Below, piece by piece: positions 41,337-50,050 of a stretch of DNA of 64,000 nt; positions within the stretch are counted from its first letter, which is position 1; each line of letters starts with the position of its first letter. A model generated the notes under the pieces. That model saw only the letters and a list, made by a program, of their open reading frames with translations, was not told the origin of the DNA and searched no databases. Location: positions 128,001 through 192,000 of the forward strand of contig CAWBKB010000004.1 in assembly GCA_963789265.1 (NCBI GenBank), read 5' to 3'. This DNA is from an uncultured delta proteobacterium. Its GTDB lineage: Bacteria > Desulfobacterota > Desulfomonilia > Desulfomonilales > Desulfomonilaceae. The position numbers were made by a program, and so were the translations under genes.

Positions 41337-41654
41337 ATGCCGCACCCAATGCATGAAGCGGTAGTTGACTTGATTCAGAAGGCCGTAGCTCTAATGGATG
41401 GCTTCCTGCGATATCAAACCGATTTGAATGAATATTCGGAGAAACTCAGAGCACTGGACGTGGACACCGTAATGGTCGCGTACGCAAACGATTTCAAGAA
41501 TGACGCCACGCTGGTCTATTACCTGGATGCGCTCATGCTCCTCTCTTCGCTCCAGCATGAGTTGGATTTCCAGGTTGCCGAGTACGGCGCCAACGTAGCG
41601 TTGGAAGACATGCGGAACTTACAAGAGCTGTTGAAGAAATTTCCCGAAAAGTAA
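41337..41654 (+). CDS. Hypothetical acidic helical protein
   Basis: GAGG RBS; lies within the operon. Confidence 0.72.
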   Translation: MPHPMHEAVVDLIQKAVALMDGFLRYQTDLNEYSEKLRALDVDTVMVAYANDFKNDATLVYYLDALMLLSSLQHELDFQVAEYGANVALEDMRNLQELLKKFPEK

Positions 41655-41703
41655 CACCGGTCATCACGCGGCTGCACCCGGAGGCGCCGGAAAGGAGAAA
41701 CAG

Positions 41704-42513
41704 ATGAAGCTTGAAGGCAAAGTAGCCGTTGTTACAGGTGGAGCCCGAGGCAACGGCTTCGCCACAGCCAAACTGTTGGCTGAAGAAGGAGCGGATATAG
41801 TAATTGCCGATATCTGTGAGGATATGGCCACGATCCCTTATGCCATGTCCACCCCGGAAACGATGGCTGATGCGGTCGATGGCATAAAGCAATTGGATCG
41901 AAAAGCCGTTGGGATCAAGTGCGACGTGCGGAAATCTTCAGATGTTGAAGCAATGGTCCAACAAACTTTGGACACGTTCGGCAGAATCGACATACTGGTT
42001 AACAACGCCGGCAACTCCTCCATGATGGCGGTCGCGGACATGAGCGAGCAGGAATGGGACGAAGTTCTGGACACTCATCTCAAGGGAACTTTCCTGTGCT
42101 CCAAGTATATTGTCCCCAGGATGATAGAACAGCACAGCGGCAAGATCATCAACATCTCGTCAGTAGGCGGTCACCGTGGATTCGGATTGGGCGCTCACTA
42201 CTGCGCAGCGAAGCATGGGATCATTGGGCTGACGAAGTCGCTGGCTATGGAAGTGGCGGATCACAATATTAACGTAAACGCGGTGTGCCCGGGCACGGTT
42301 TGGACACCGATGATGCAGGGAGTAGCCTCATTTTTCGGCATGGAGGCTGAAGAGGCCAAGGAGCAGTTCCTGGCAGGGCATCTGTTCAAGGACCGCGAGA
42401 TCATGCCCGAAGATATAGGCCGAGCGGTGCTGTGGCTTGCAACCGATGATTCCAAATGCATCACCGGTCAATCCGTGCTCGTGGATGCCGGCTGGACCTG
42501 CCGGGCGCCATAG
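41704..42513 (+). CDS. Mycofactocin-coupled SDR family oxidoreductase
   Basis: Motifs TGGARGNG, NNAG and YCAAK, plus the insert DICEDMATIPYAMSTPE typical of mycofactocin-associated SDRs; lies next to mftA. Confidence 0.88.
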   Translation: MKLEGKVAVVTGGARGNGFATAKLLAEEGADIVIADICEDMATIPYAMSTPETMADAVDGIKQLDRKAVGIKCDVRKSSDVEAMVQQTLDTFGRIDILVNNAGNSSMMAVADMSEQEWDEVLDTHLKGTFLCSKYIVPRMIEQHSGKIINISSVGGHRGFGLGAHYCAAKHGIIGLTKSLAMEVADHNINVNAVCPGTVWTPMMQGVASFFGMEAEEAKEQFLAGHLFKDREIMPEDIGRAVLWLATDDSKCITGQSVLVDAGWTCRAP

Positions 42514-42602
42514 CAGATGTTATTGCATTCCTGGCCGGCCTTGGCGCGGTCAGTTGGAGGTCGGGCTAAACTGACGTACAAAAATGAGGAGGCACGGGTC
42601 TT

Positions 42603-42728
42603 ATGGACACAGAAGTCGACAGAGAAGACGTACAGATTAACGATGTAGAATGTCATGAAGGGCCATCCGTTTTGGAAGAAATAACTATCGAAGAGATGGC
42701 TGTGGACGGAATCTGCGGGATTTATTAG
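42603..42728 (+). CDS. mftA: Mycofactocin precursor peptide MftA, variant C-terminus VDGICGIY (41 aa; not in the ORF track)
   Basis: MDTEVDREDVQINDVECHEGPSVLEEITIEEMAVDGICGIY*; GAGGAGG RBS; immediately upstream of mftB and mftC. Confidence 0.93.
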   Translation: MDTEVDREDVQINDVECHEGPSVLEEITIEEMAVDGICGIY

Positions 42729-42793
42729 GTCACGCCCAGGTGTCTGGTTCCTTACTCAAATCGAGCTGGGAACCAGACGGAAGCATACGCACC

Positions 42794-43075
42794 ATGTCTT
42801 CTGATGCAGTCTACCGCTTAGCGGATGGCGTCCAAGTCCGACGAGAGAAATTTGGCCTTTTGTTTTACGACTACCGGGGACCAAGACTATATTTTGTGCC
42901 ATCGGGAGATCTAATGGAAGATCGGTTCTTTGACGGCGAACGGACCGCCCGGGAGTTGGCCGAATCCGTATGTGCAAAACATGATTGGCCGCGACGATTG
43001 ACCGTGGGCCGAGTGAACCGGATCCTCGAATTGCTCAAGATGAAAGGGCTTATCCATGAGCAATCGCTACGTTGA
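42794..43075 (+). CDS. mftB: Mycofactocin RRE chaperone MftB
   Basis: YRLADGVQVRREKFGLLFYDYRGPRLYFV; located between mftA and mftC. Confidence 0.9.
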   Translation: MSSDAVYRLADGVQVRREKFGLLFYDYRGPRLYFVPSGDLMEDRFFDGERTARELAESVCAKHDWPRRLTVGRVNRILELLKMKGLIHEQSLR

Positions 43076-44087
43076 TACAGGTCTGTCGGCCCCGGTAAAC
43101 GTAACCTGGGAAGTTACGTATGCCTGCAATTTGTCCTGCGCCCATTGCCTCTCCGATTCAGGGGGACAGAGAAAGGGCGAGCTGACCACAGAGGAATGCC
43201 GCAGGATCATTGACGCCCTGTCGGCGAGCAGGGTTTTTCAGTTAAGTATAGGAGGGGGGGAGCCTTTTGTGCGCGATGACTTTCTCGATCTGATGGATCA
43301 TGCCCATGAAAAAGGCATAGTCACCTGTATCAGCACAAACGGCACCATGATTCATGAGGAGATCGCACGCAGGCTCGATCACAAGCTGGTTTACATTCAG
43401 GTCAGCCTCGAAGGAGCTAAACCAGCGTCCAACGACAGCATTCGAGGCGAGGGGAGTTTTCGCCGTGCCTTACGTGGCTTGGAATGCTTGAAGAATAGAG
43501 ACATAGAAGTCAGCATAAACACTGTCTTGACCAGGGTCAGTTTTCCCGAACTGGATGCCCTTGCTGCTTTGGCCGCTTCTCTCGGAGCCAAATTCCGCGT
43601 CTCGAGATTCCGACCGTCCGGCAGAGGCAAGAAGAGTTGGGCAAACCTGAACGTTTCCAGAAAACAAATGGTCGCTTTTTCCGATTGGTTGAGCGGTCAC
43701 ATGAATGTGTCTACAGGAGATTCCTTCTTTTCCGTAGCTCACGAAGATCGTAGATCTCTTGGTTTGAACATGTGCGGAGCATGCAAGCTGACATGTTGTG
43801 TCTCTCCGCTCGGCCAAGTGTACCCCTGCGCATTTCTCCAGGAAGAGGAATTTCTGGCCGGAAACTTGCCCCGGGATGCCTTTGCACCTATATGGACCGA
43901 CGCCGCGGTCTTTAAATCATTCCGAGAACTTGAAATAAGATCCTGCGAGAGTTGCGATCGATTCGACCTATGTCATGGCGGATGCCCCGCCATCGCTTAT
44001 CATACCCAAAAGAAGCTGGGACTTCCCGACCCGGGATGTCTTGCCAATTGCGTTTCCGTCAAATCGTCAATATCAAGTGTGGCTTAA
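43056..44087 (+). CDS. mftC: Mycofactocin radical SAM maturase MftC (SPASM)
   Basis: Motifs APVNVTWEVTYACNLSCAHCLS, GGGEP, RFRPSGRG, GDSFF, LNMCGA, VYPCAF and CESC...CHGGC. Confidence 0.93.
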   Translation: MSNRYVDTGLSAPVNVTWEVTYACNLSCAHCLSDSGGQRKGELTTEECRRIIDALSASRVFQLSIGGGEPFVRDDFLDLMDHAHEKGIVTCISTNGTMIHEEIARRLDHKLVYIQVSLEGAKPASNDSIRGEGSFRRALRGLECLKNRDIEVSINTVLTRVSFPELDALAALAASLGAKFRVSRFRPSGRGKKSWANLNVSRKQMVAFSDWLSGHMNVSTGDSFFSVAHEDRRSLGLNMCGACKLTCCVSPLGQVYPCAFLQEEEFLAGNLPRDAFAPIWTDAAVFKSFRELEIRSCESCDRFDLCHGGCPAIAYHTQKKLGLPDPGCLANCVSVKSSISSVA

Positions 44088-44088
44088 C

Positions 44089-45582
44089 ATGAATCCGCTC
44101 GCAAAGGCAGGCTTTTGTCTCAGTCCTGAAACCAGCCTGATTTCCGGACACGGTGGCGGAATTGTCTTCAGGCCAGGGCCGCTGAGAGCCCTGAGAGTGA
44201 ATGCGCCTGCCTTTGATTTGTTGCGGAAATGTGGCAACGGCCGATCTGTAGACGACCGGTGTTTGGACAAATCGGTACGGTTGGACTCAATGCTTAGCTT
44301 CTTCGACCGATTGTACCAAGCCGGCCTTTTGGAATGGAAGCCTCCCGAGGAAGGCTTTGAGCCCTCCGTCAGCGTTGTCGTAGCCGTGTACAATCGGGCG
44401 GGCGAAATCGGTTCGTGCATAGAATCGTTGATGAACCTGATTTACCCGCGCTTGAAATATGAAGTCATCGTTGTGGACGATGCTTCCGATGATGACACGA
44501 GTTCCGTGGTGTCGCGGTACGGCGTCAAGCTCATCAGATTGGAGCGAAATCAAGGTCAGTCCGCGGCTCGCAATGTTGGAGTAACCGAAGCCCGAGGAGA
44601 AATAATCGCTTTCATAGATAGCGATTGTATAGCCGAACCTGAATGGCTACGCGAACTAGTGCCATATTTTCAGGATTCGAGGAACGCTCTGGTGGGTGGC
44701 TACGTTGCGCCCTATTACCGAAATTCCGTGCTTGACCGATATGAAGAAGTCAAATCGCCTCTAAACATGGGCAAGGACATGCTTATCGGCACGGGTGAAG
44801 AATCAGACTTCTATGTTCCGACTTGCAACATGCTGGTGCGGAGAGATGTTTTCCTGCGGGTACGCGGATTCAACGAGAGCCTGCGAGTCGGCGAGGACGT
44901 GGATTTTTGCTGGAAACTCAAAGAAAATGGCTGCCGGCTGATTTACGCCCCATACGGAACCGTGAGGCACAAGCACCGAGGTCGGTTCGGTGAGGCCTTC
45001 AAACGCCGTTTCGATTACGGGACCTCGGAACCAGTTCTCTATTCCCGCCACAAAGCCATATTCAAGCTTTATCCGTGGCAACCGGCATGTATGGCCGTTT
45101 TTTTTCTCTGTGGATTGGGATTGCTGTCAGCACAGCCTTTGACTGGTCCAGCGGCAGCGGCTTGCTTCCTTTGGGACGTATTCTGCAAAAGTAGACGCTA
45201 CAGAAAGCGCATTGGAATAGCTGTTAAGTTCGGGGCCGTCCTGAGAGCCAGCGCGGTCCGTCACTTTGACCTTGCGTATCACCTTACCCATCACCTGGTT
45301 CGGTATCATCTGGTCCTGATGGCGCTGATTGCGTTTGTGCTGCCGTCGACCATTCCAGTGGTTGCAGCTATTGTGCTGCTTCCTGTGATTACCGAGTTTG
45401 TCAAGAAGAAACCTTGCCTCACTTTCCCTGTGTTCCTGGCCTTGTTTCTGACAGAGCAGGTCTCATACCAGGCAGGTGTGTTTTGTGGTTGCCTCAGACA
45501 AAAGAGCTTCCGGCCTTACAGACTTGTATTGGCTCGCGGTACCGGACACCGCAGGCTGGCATTCTCCACAAAATTGAATTAG
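44089..45582 (+). CDS. mftF: Mycofactocin glycosyltransferase MftF (GT2)
   Basis: Motifs PLRALRV, VVDDASDD, ARNVG, FIDSD, YVPTCNMLV, GEDVDFCW and YGTSE. Confidence 0.88.
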   Translation: MNPLAKAGFCLSPETSLISGHGGGIVFRPGPLRALRVNAPAFDLLRKCGNGRSVDDRCLDKSVRLDSMLSFFDRLYQAGLLEWKPPEEGFEPSVSVVVAVYNRAGEIGSCIESLMNLIYPRLKYEVIVVDDASDDDTSSVVSRYGVKLIRLERNQGQSAARNVGVTEARGEIIAFIDSDCIAEPEWLRELVPYFQDSRNALVGGYVAPYYRNSVLDRYEEVKSPLNMGKDMLIGTGEESDFYVPTCNMLVRRDVFLRVRGFNESLRVGEDVDFCWKLKENGCRLIYAPYGTVRHKHRGRFGEAFKRRFDYGTSEPVLYSRHKAIFKLYPWQPACMAVFFLCGLGLLSAQPLTGPAAAACFLWDVFCKSRRYRKRIGIAVKFGAVLRASAVRHFDLAYHLTHHLVRYHLVLMALIAFVLPSTIPVVAAIVLLPVITEFVKKKPCLTFPVFLALFLTEQVSYQAGVFCGCLRQKSFRPYRLVLARGTGHRRLAFSTKLN

Positions 45583-45632
45583 CTAGGAAAAGTGAAAAAT
45601 TTGCCCGTGATTTCGAGGTGGCCGTTTTGAGA

Positions 45633-46460
45633 ATGAAACCAAAAGTAATTAGTGAAAAATTTGGCCGTCTTCAGGACATCCTGAAGGGAATGAAAAGCGT
45701 TTTGGTGGGTTTTTCCGGAGGCGTCGATAGCACATTGCTCCTCAAAGCCGCTAAGGGCGTTTTGGGTAACAAAGTCCTGGCTGTTACTGCTCAGTCTCAC
45801 ACTACAGCCGGCCATGAAAAGATCGATGCTGCCAGACTTGCTAAACTGGTGGGCGCGCCGCACTTGGCACTCGAATCCCGCGAGTTCGACCTTCCCGAGT
45901 TTGTTCGAAATTCTCCTGATAGGTGTTATATTTGCAAGAAAAGCCGATTTGGAGACCTCGTCAACCTGGCGAATAAAAAGGGATTGAGATCCGTCATTGA
46001 CGGGGAAAACATGGATGACGATGGAGACTATCGGCCGGGTGCACAGGCCGCCCGGGAATTGGGGGTTCGCAGTCCGCTCCGCGAGTCTGAGTTATCTAAA
46101 GATGAAATTCGTTTTCTTTCAAAGAAGCTGGGTCTTCCGACATGGGATAAACCTTCCTACGCGTGCCTGGCCTCGAGAATTCCTTACGGCACTCCTCTAA
46201 CAGCGGACAGACTCAGGCAGATCGATGCTGCCGAAGAACGCATTCGCGAGCTGATCCCCGGATGCCAGGCAAGGGTGCGACATTATGGGAAAACGGCCCG
46301 CATCGAGGTTGAGCCAAGAGCTTTGTCAAAGCTGATGCACATTGGAGTTCGTAGCCATATACTCAGTTATTTTCACCTGTTAGGGTTTGATTTCGTCACC
46401 CTTGACCTGGAGGGCTACCGCACAGGAAGCTTGAACCGGGAAATTCACAGCGGGAAGTAG
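45633..46460 (+). CDS. larE: ATP-dependent sulfur transferase LarE
   Basis: PP-loop FSGGVDS, RCYICK, DYRPG, ACLASRIPYG and DLEGYRTGSLN. Confidence 0.93.
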   Translation: MKPKVISEKFGRLQDILKGMKSVLVGFSGGVDSTLLLKAAKGVLGNKVLAVTAQSHTTAGHEKIDAARLAKLVGAPHLALESREFDLPEFVRNSPDRCYICKKSRFGDLVNLANKKGLRSVIDGENMDDDGDYRPGAQAARELGVRSPLRESELSKDEIRFLSKKLGLPTWDKPSYACLASRIPYGTPLTADRLRQIDAAEERIRELIPGCQARVRHYGKTARIEVEPRALSKLMHIGVRSHILSYFHLLGFDFVTLDLEGYRTGSLNREIHSGK

Positions 46461-46464
46461 AAAG

Positions 46465-47289
46465 ATGGATGGCAAGCATATAAGAAATCTGCTCGAGGCA
46501 GTGCAGAGTGGGAACATGGAAGTCGATTTCGCCATGGAGCGGCTGAGGAAACTACCATTCGACGATTTGGGATACGCAAAGATCGACTACCATCGGTGCG
46601 TTCGACAAGGGGTTCCGGAGGTTATATTCTGCCAGGGAAAGACCATCGAGCAAATTCAAGGCATTGTGAAACAGATTGCCCGACACCACAGCAACATTCT
46701 GGCCTCGAGGGCGAGTCGCGAGGCTTATGAGGCTATTCGGGAGGTCGTTCACGAATGCCGATATCACGAGATGGCCCGAATGGTAGTTGTCAATCCTCGC
46801 GAAATTGAAAAAATTGGCAATATCGCTGTCGTCAGCGCGGGAACATCGGATATGCCTGTGGCCGAAGAGGCCGCAATTACGGCAGAAACGCTGGGGAATA
46901 GTGTAAAACGTATGTACGACGTGGGCGTCGCGGGGATCCACAGAGTGCTGCACTGCTGCGAGGAACTCTTTAAAGCCAATGTTGTAATTGTTGTGGCGGG
47001 CATGGAAGGCGCCCTTGCGAGCGTTGTAGGGGGGCTGGTTTCGAGCCCGGTCATCGGAGTTCCCACCAGCGTGGGTTACGGAGCGAGCTTCGGGGGCATA
47101 GCCGCCCTCCTCAGCATGCTGAATAGCTGTGCTTCCGGCGTGTCTGTGGTAAATATCGACAACGGATTCGGCGCAGGCTACCAGGCCAGTCTTATTAACA
47201 TGAGAGCCGCCAAGAGAAGCGGCAGCGAATCAGTCCACATGCCTGTTCACGAAGAGGACGGATCGTGCCTTACCGAGGTGTGCTGCTGA
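46465..47289 (+). CDS. larB: NPN cofactor biosynthesis carboxylase/hydrolase LarB
   Basis: Motifs PEVIFCQGKT, AGTSDMPVAEEA, DVGVAGIHR, AGMEGAL, PTSVGYG and VVNIDNGFGA. Confidence 0.95.
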   Translation: MDGKHIRNLLEAVQSGNMEVDFAMERLRKLPFDDLGYAKIDYHRCVRQGVPEVIFCQGKTIEQIQGIVKQIARHHSNILASRASREAYEAIREVVHECRYHEMARMVVVNPREIEKIGNIAVVSAGTSDMPVAEEAAITAETLGNSVKRMYDVGVAGIHRVLHCCEELFKANVVIVVAGMEGALASVVGGLVSSPVIGVPTSVGYGASFGGIAALLSMLNSCASGVSVVNIDNGFGAGYQASLINMRAAKRSGSESVHMPVHEEDGSCLTEVCC

Positions 47290-47329
47290 CCGGAATTCTC
47301 CTTTCATAATGGCCTAAAAGGAATGGAAC

Positions 47330-48529
47330 ATGAAGATTGCGTACTTTGACTGCTTTGCCGGCGCCAGCGGCGACATGATACTGGGATCTCTCATCGACGC
47401 GGGCCTTAGCCTGGAACAACTCAGGAACGAACTGGCCAAGCTGCATCTCACCCATTATGACCTGGAGACAAAGAAAGTTACCAAGAGGGGGCTGGGCGGA
47501 AGCCAAGTTATCGTCAATATTGACGAAGATCACCATCACCATCAGCATAGACACCTTCATGACATCAAAAAGATCATACAAAACAGTGAATTGAACGAAT
47601 ACATCAAAAGGCGGAGCATCGAAATATTCACCAAATTGGCCGAAGCCGAAGCCAGGGTTCACAGGACCACCGTGGAAGAGATCCACTTTCACGAAGTAGG
47701 TGCCATGGATGCCATCATAGACGTGGTCGGGTCTGTAGCCGGCCTTTCAGCCTTAGGCGTGGAAAAGGTCAGTTGCTCGTCCCTGCATGTGGGAACCGGG
47801 ACGATCGAGTGCGCTCACGGGACTTTGCCTGTTCCAGCGCCGGCCACAGCAGAACTGATCAAAGGCAAACCCGTCTATTCCACCGGCGTAGTGGGAGAAC
47901 TTTTGACTCCCACCGGAGCTGCGATTCTCACTACTCTCGCCTCCGATTTCGGACCAATGCCGCTCATGAACGTGGAAAAGATTGGATATGGGGCGGGCAC
48001 ATCTGATCCGGCTATACCAAATCTCCTTCGCTTGATCGTAGGACAGTCATCTGTGGAAGTGCCGAATTATGACCTGGAGCGTGTGGCAGTAGCTGAAACC
48101 AATATAGACGACATGAACCCGCAGATATATGACTATCTGATGCAGAAGATGCTGGATATGGGGGCTCTTGATGTGTTTCTCGTTCCAATGCACATGAAAA
48201 AGAACCGGCCTGGCACTCTGGTGACGGTTATTTGCCATCCCGAGCGGATAAACGAGTTTGCCGGTTTCTTGATGCGGGAAACTACCACCATAGGGCTCAG
48301 ATGGCGCATTGACAACCGTATCAAAGCTCGAAGATCAATTCGAGAGGTTCAGACAAAGTATGGACCGGTCAAGGTCAAGGTTGCGGAAGTGAGTGGTGGC
48401 ACGCTAAACGCGACTCCGGAATATGAGGACTGTAAGCGTCTTGCACTGGAAAAAGAAATTCCCTTGAAGGAATTGATGGAGCACGCGAGAATGGCCGCGA
48501 CTGAAGCTTTTCTCACCGGTGTGAAATGA
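47330..48529 (+). CDS. larC: Nickel insertase LarC (single continuous ORF)
   Basis: Motifs YFDCFAGASGDM, HHHHQHRH, HFHEVGA, PAPAT, ETNIDD, MKKNRP and PEYEDC. Confidence 0.95.
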   Translation: MKIAYFDCFAGASGDMILGSLIDAGLSLEQLRNELAKLHLTHYDLETKKVTKRGLGGSQVIVNIDEDHHHHQHRHLHDIKKIIQNSELNEYIKRRSIEIFTKLAEAEARVHRTTVEEIHFHEVGAMDAIIDVVGSVAGLSALGVEKVSCSSLHVGTGTIECAHGTLPVPAPATAELIKGKPVYSTGVVGELLTPTGAAILTTLASDFGPMPLMNVEKIGYGAGTSDPAIPNLLRLIVGQSSVEVPNYDLERVAVAETNIDDMNPQIYDYLMQKMLDMGALDVFLVPMHMKKNRPGTLVTVICHPERINEFAGFLMRETTTIGLRWRIDNRIKARRSIREVQTKYGPVKVKVAEVSGGTLNATPEYEDCKRLALEKEIPLKELMEHARMAATEAFLTGVK

Positions 48530-48609
48530 CGAGCGCGCACAAGCGGTATATTGCGGGGTTTGCCCCGCGCAATGTTCCTTCTCTCGACGTTATCTTAGAG
48601 CAGCCGTTG

Positions 48610-48820
48610 AGAAACTGTCTCAAAAACGATGAAGCGGTCGGAATCGTAGCACGAATCCCTCACCCTGTATCCCTGTCCCAGAGGGCGAGGGAAGTGCAAT
48701 ACTGCCCTGGATCTGCTCCCTCTCCCTCTGGGAGAGGGTTGGGGTGAGGGCGACGATTATACGAATGAGACTGAATAGTGGCACGATTCTGGTCATCAAA
48801 ATAATTTTGAGACACTTTCT
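48610..48820. repeat. MITE-like element with an internal palindromic repeat pair
   Basis: TIRs AGAAACTGTCTCAAAA / TTTTGAGACACTTTCT (15/16 match). Internal CCCTCACCCT...CCCAGAGGGCGAGGG pairs with CCCTCTCCCTCTGGGAGAGGGTTGGGGTGAGGG. Confidence 0.65.
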
Positions 48821-48883
48821 TGATCCCCGCCCTGCGGTTCGGCGCGCGATCATGGCTCGGAAGTAAGTTGTAGGGTCGCACAC

Positions 48884-50047
48884 ATGTTCAAGGCAGGTAC
48901 AGTAGTATCCAGGGACCCGATTTCTAAATCGGCGGGAGAGCGCCTGGGAGAGGCTCTCCTGGAAAGGCTGGATGGTCACGCTCCTTCCCTTTGCTGGCTG
49001 TTCAGCACCCCGTCCCTAGAATTGAAGGAGATGGTGAGCGGAGTGGTCCATGCCGTGGGCAGCAGCCATCTATTGGGGTGTACGACTGATGCCGAAATAT
49101 CAACCGAAGGCTTGAGCACCGGCTCGGTGGTCCTCTGCGGCGTTGTCACCGATCAAATCCGGTTTCACTTAGCTTTGGCAAAAGGTCTGCGTCAGGACTC
49201 CGGGCGAGCCGGCAAGAGACTTGCCAAACAGTTTCCTTCAACCGTGCAGTACGTGCAAATTTTCTCGGATGGCCTGACAGGAAATGGTTGCGCGCTCTTG
49301 CGAGGTTTGAGTTCCGCCTTGGGACGACATGTTCCCATAGCCGGTGGCACTGCGGGCGACGCCGGAGCGTTTCAGACTACTTCACAGTTTCTCGGGACGA
49401 AGATGTTTTCAGACGCGGTGGTAGCCGTGGGTTTTGAAGGCGATTTTGCAGTTGGAATGGGTGTACGGAGCGGTTGGTCCCCTATCGGGATTGCAAAGAA
49501 AGTCACCAAAGCTTCCGGCAACATTGTTTATGAATTAAACGGACAACCCGCGCTTGAAGTGTACGAGCGTTTCCTGGGAAAGCACGCGGACAAACTGCCC
49601 GCGGTGGGAGTTGAATATCCCCTTGGTCTGGTTCACAAATTGGAAGGCACAACTGAAGAAGAGTACCATATCTTGCGGGCCACTATGGCGGTCAACCGCC
49701 AAGACGGATCCATAGCCTTCGCTGGAGAAATTCCTGAGGGCTCCATGGTGCGCCTTACTTGCGGCGATCATGCTTCCATACTTGAAGCTGCGGAACAGGC
49801 AGCTTCTATGGCGATTAATGAAATGGGAAACCGCACTCCTTTCCTAGCGTTCTTTTATTCGTGCATGGCCCGCAGAATCGTGCTGGGCCGACGCACAGAA
49901 GAAGAAATAGATAGGATTCGTTTGGCGGTTGGAGCGAGATTGCCTATCGTGGGATTTTACACTTATGGAGAATTTTGCCGGGTCGCATGCAACGGGCCTA
50001 ACCTGTTCCACAATGAAACGGCCTCGGTGTCAGTCATCGGATTGTGA
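48884..50047 (+). CDS. FIST signal transduction protein
   Basis: Motifs LLGCTT, IFSDG, IAGGTAGD, GWSPIG, SCMARR, GFYTYGE and HNET. Confidence 0.9.
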   Translation: MFKAGTVVSRDPISKSAGERLGEALLERLDGHAPSLCWLFSTPSLELKEMVSGVVHAVGSSHLLGCTTDAEISTEGLSTGSVVLCGVVTDQIRFHLALAKGLRQDSGRAGKRLAKQFPSTVQYVQIFSDGLTGNGCALLRGLSSALGRHVPIAGGTAGDAGAFQTTSQFLGTKMFSDAVVAVGFEGDFAVGMGVRSGWSPIGIAKKVTKASGNIVYELNGQPALEVYERFLGKHADKLPAVGVEYPLGLVHKLEGTTEEEYHILRATMAVNRQDGSIAFAGEIPEGSMVRLTCGDHASILEAAEQAASMAINEMGNRTPFLAFFYSCMARRIVLGRRTEEEIDRIRLAVGARLPIVGFYTYGEFCRVACNGPNLFHNETASVSVIGL

Positions 50048-50050
50048 ACC

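Noticed and set aside
47330..48529. Programmed frameshift in larC, as in some lactobacilli
   Set aside because: Here larC is one continuous ORF.
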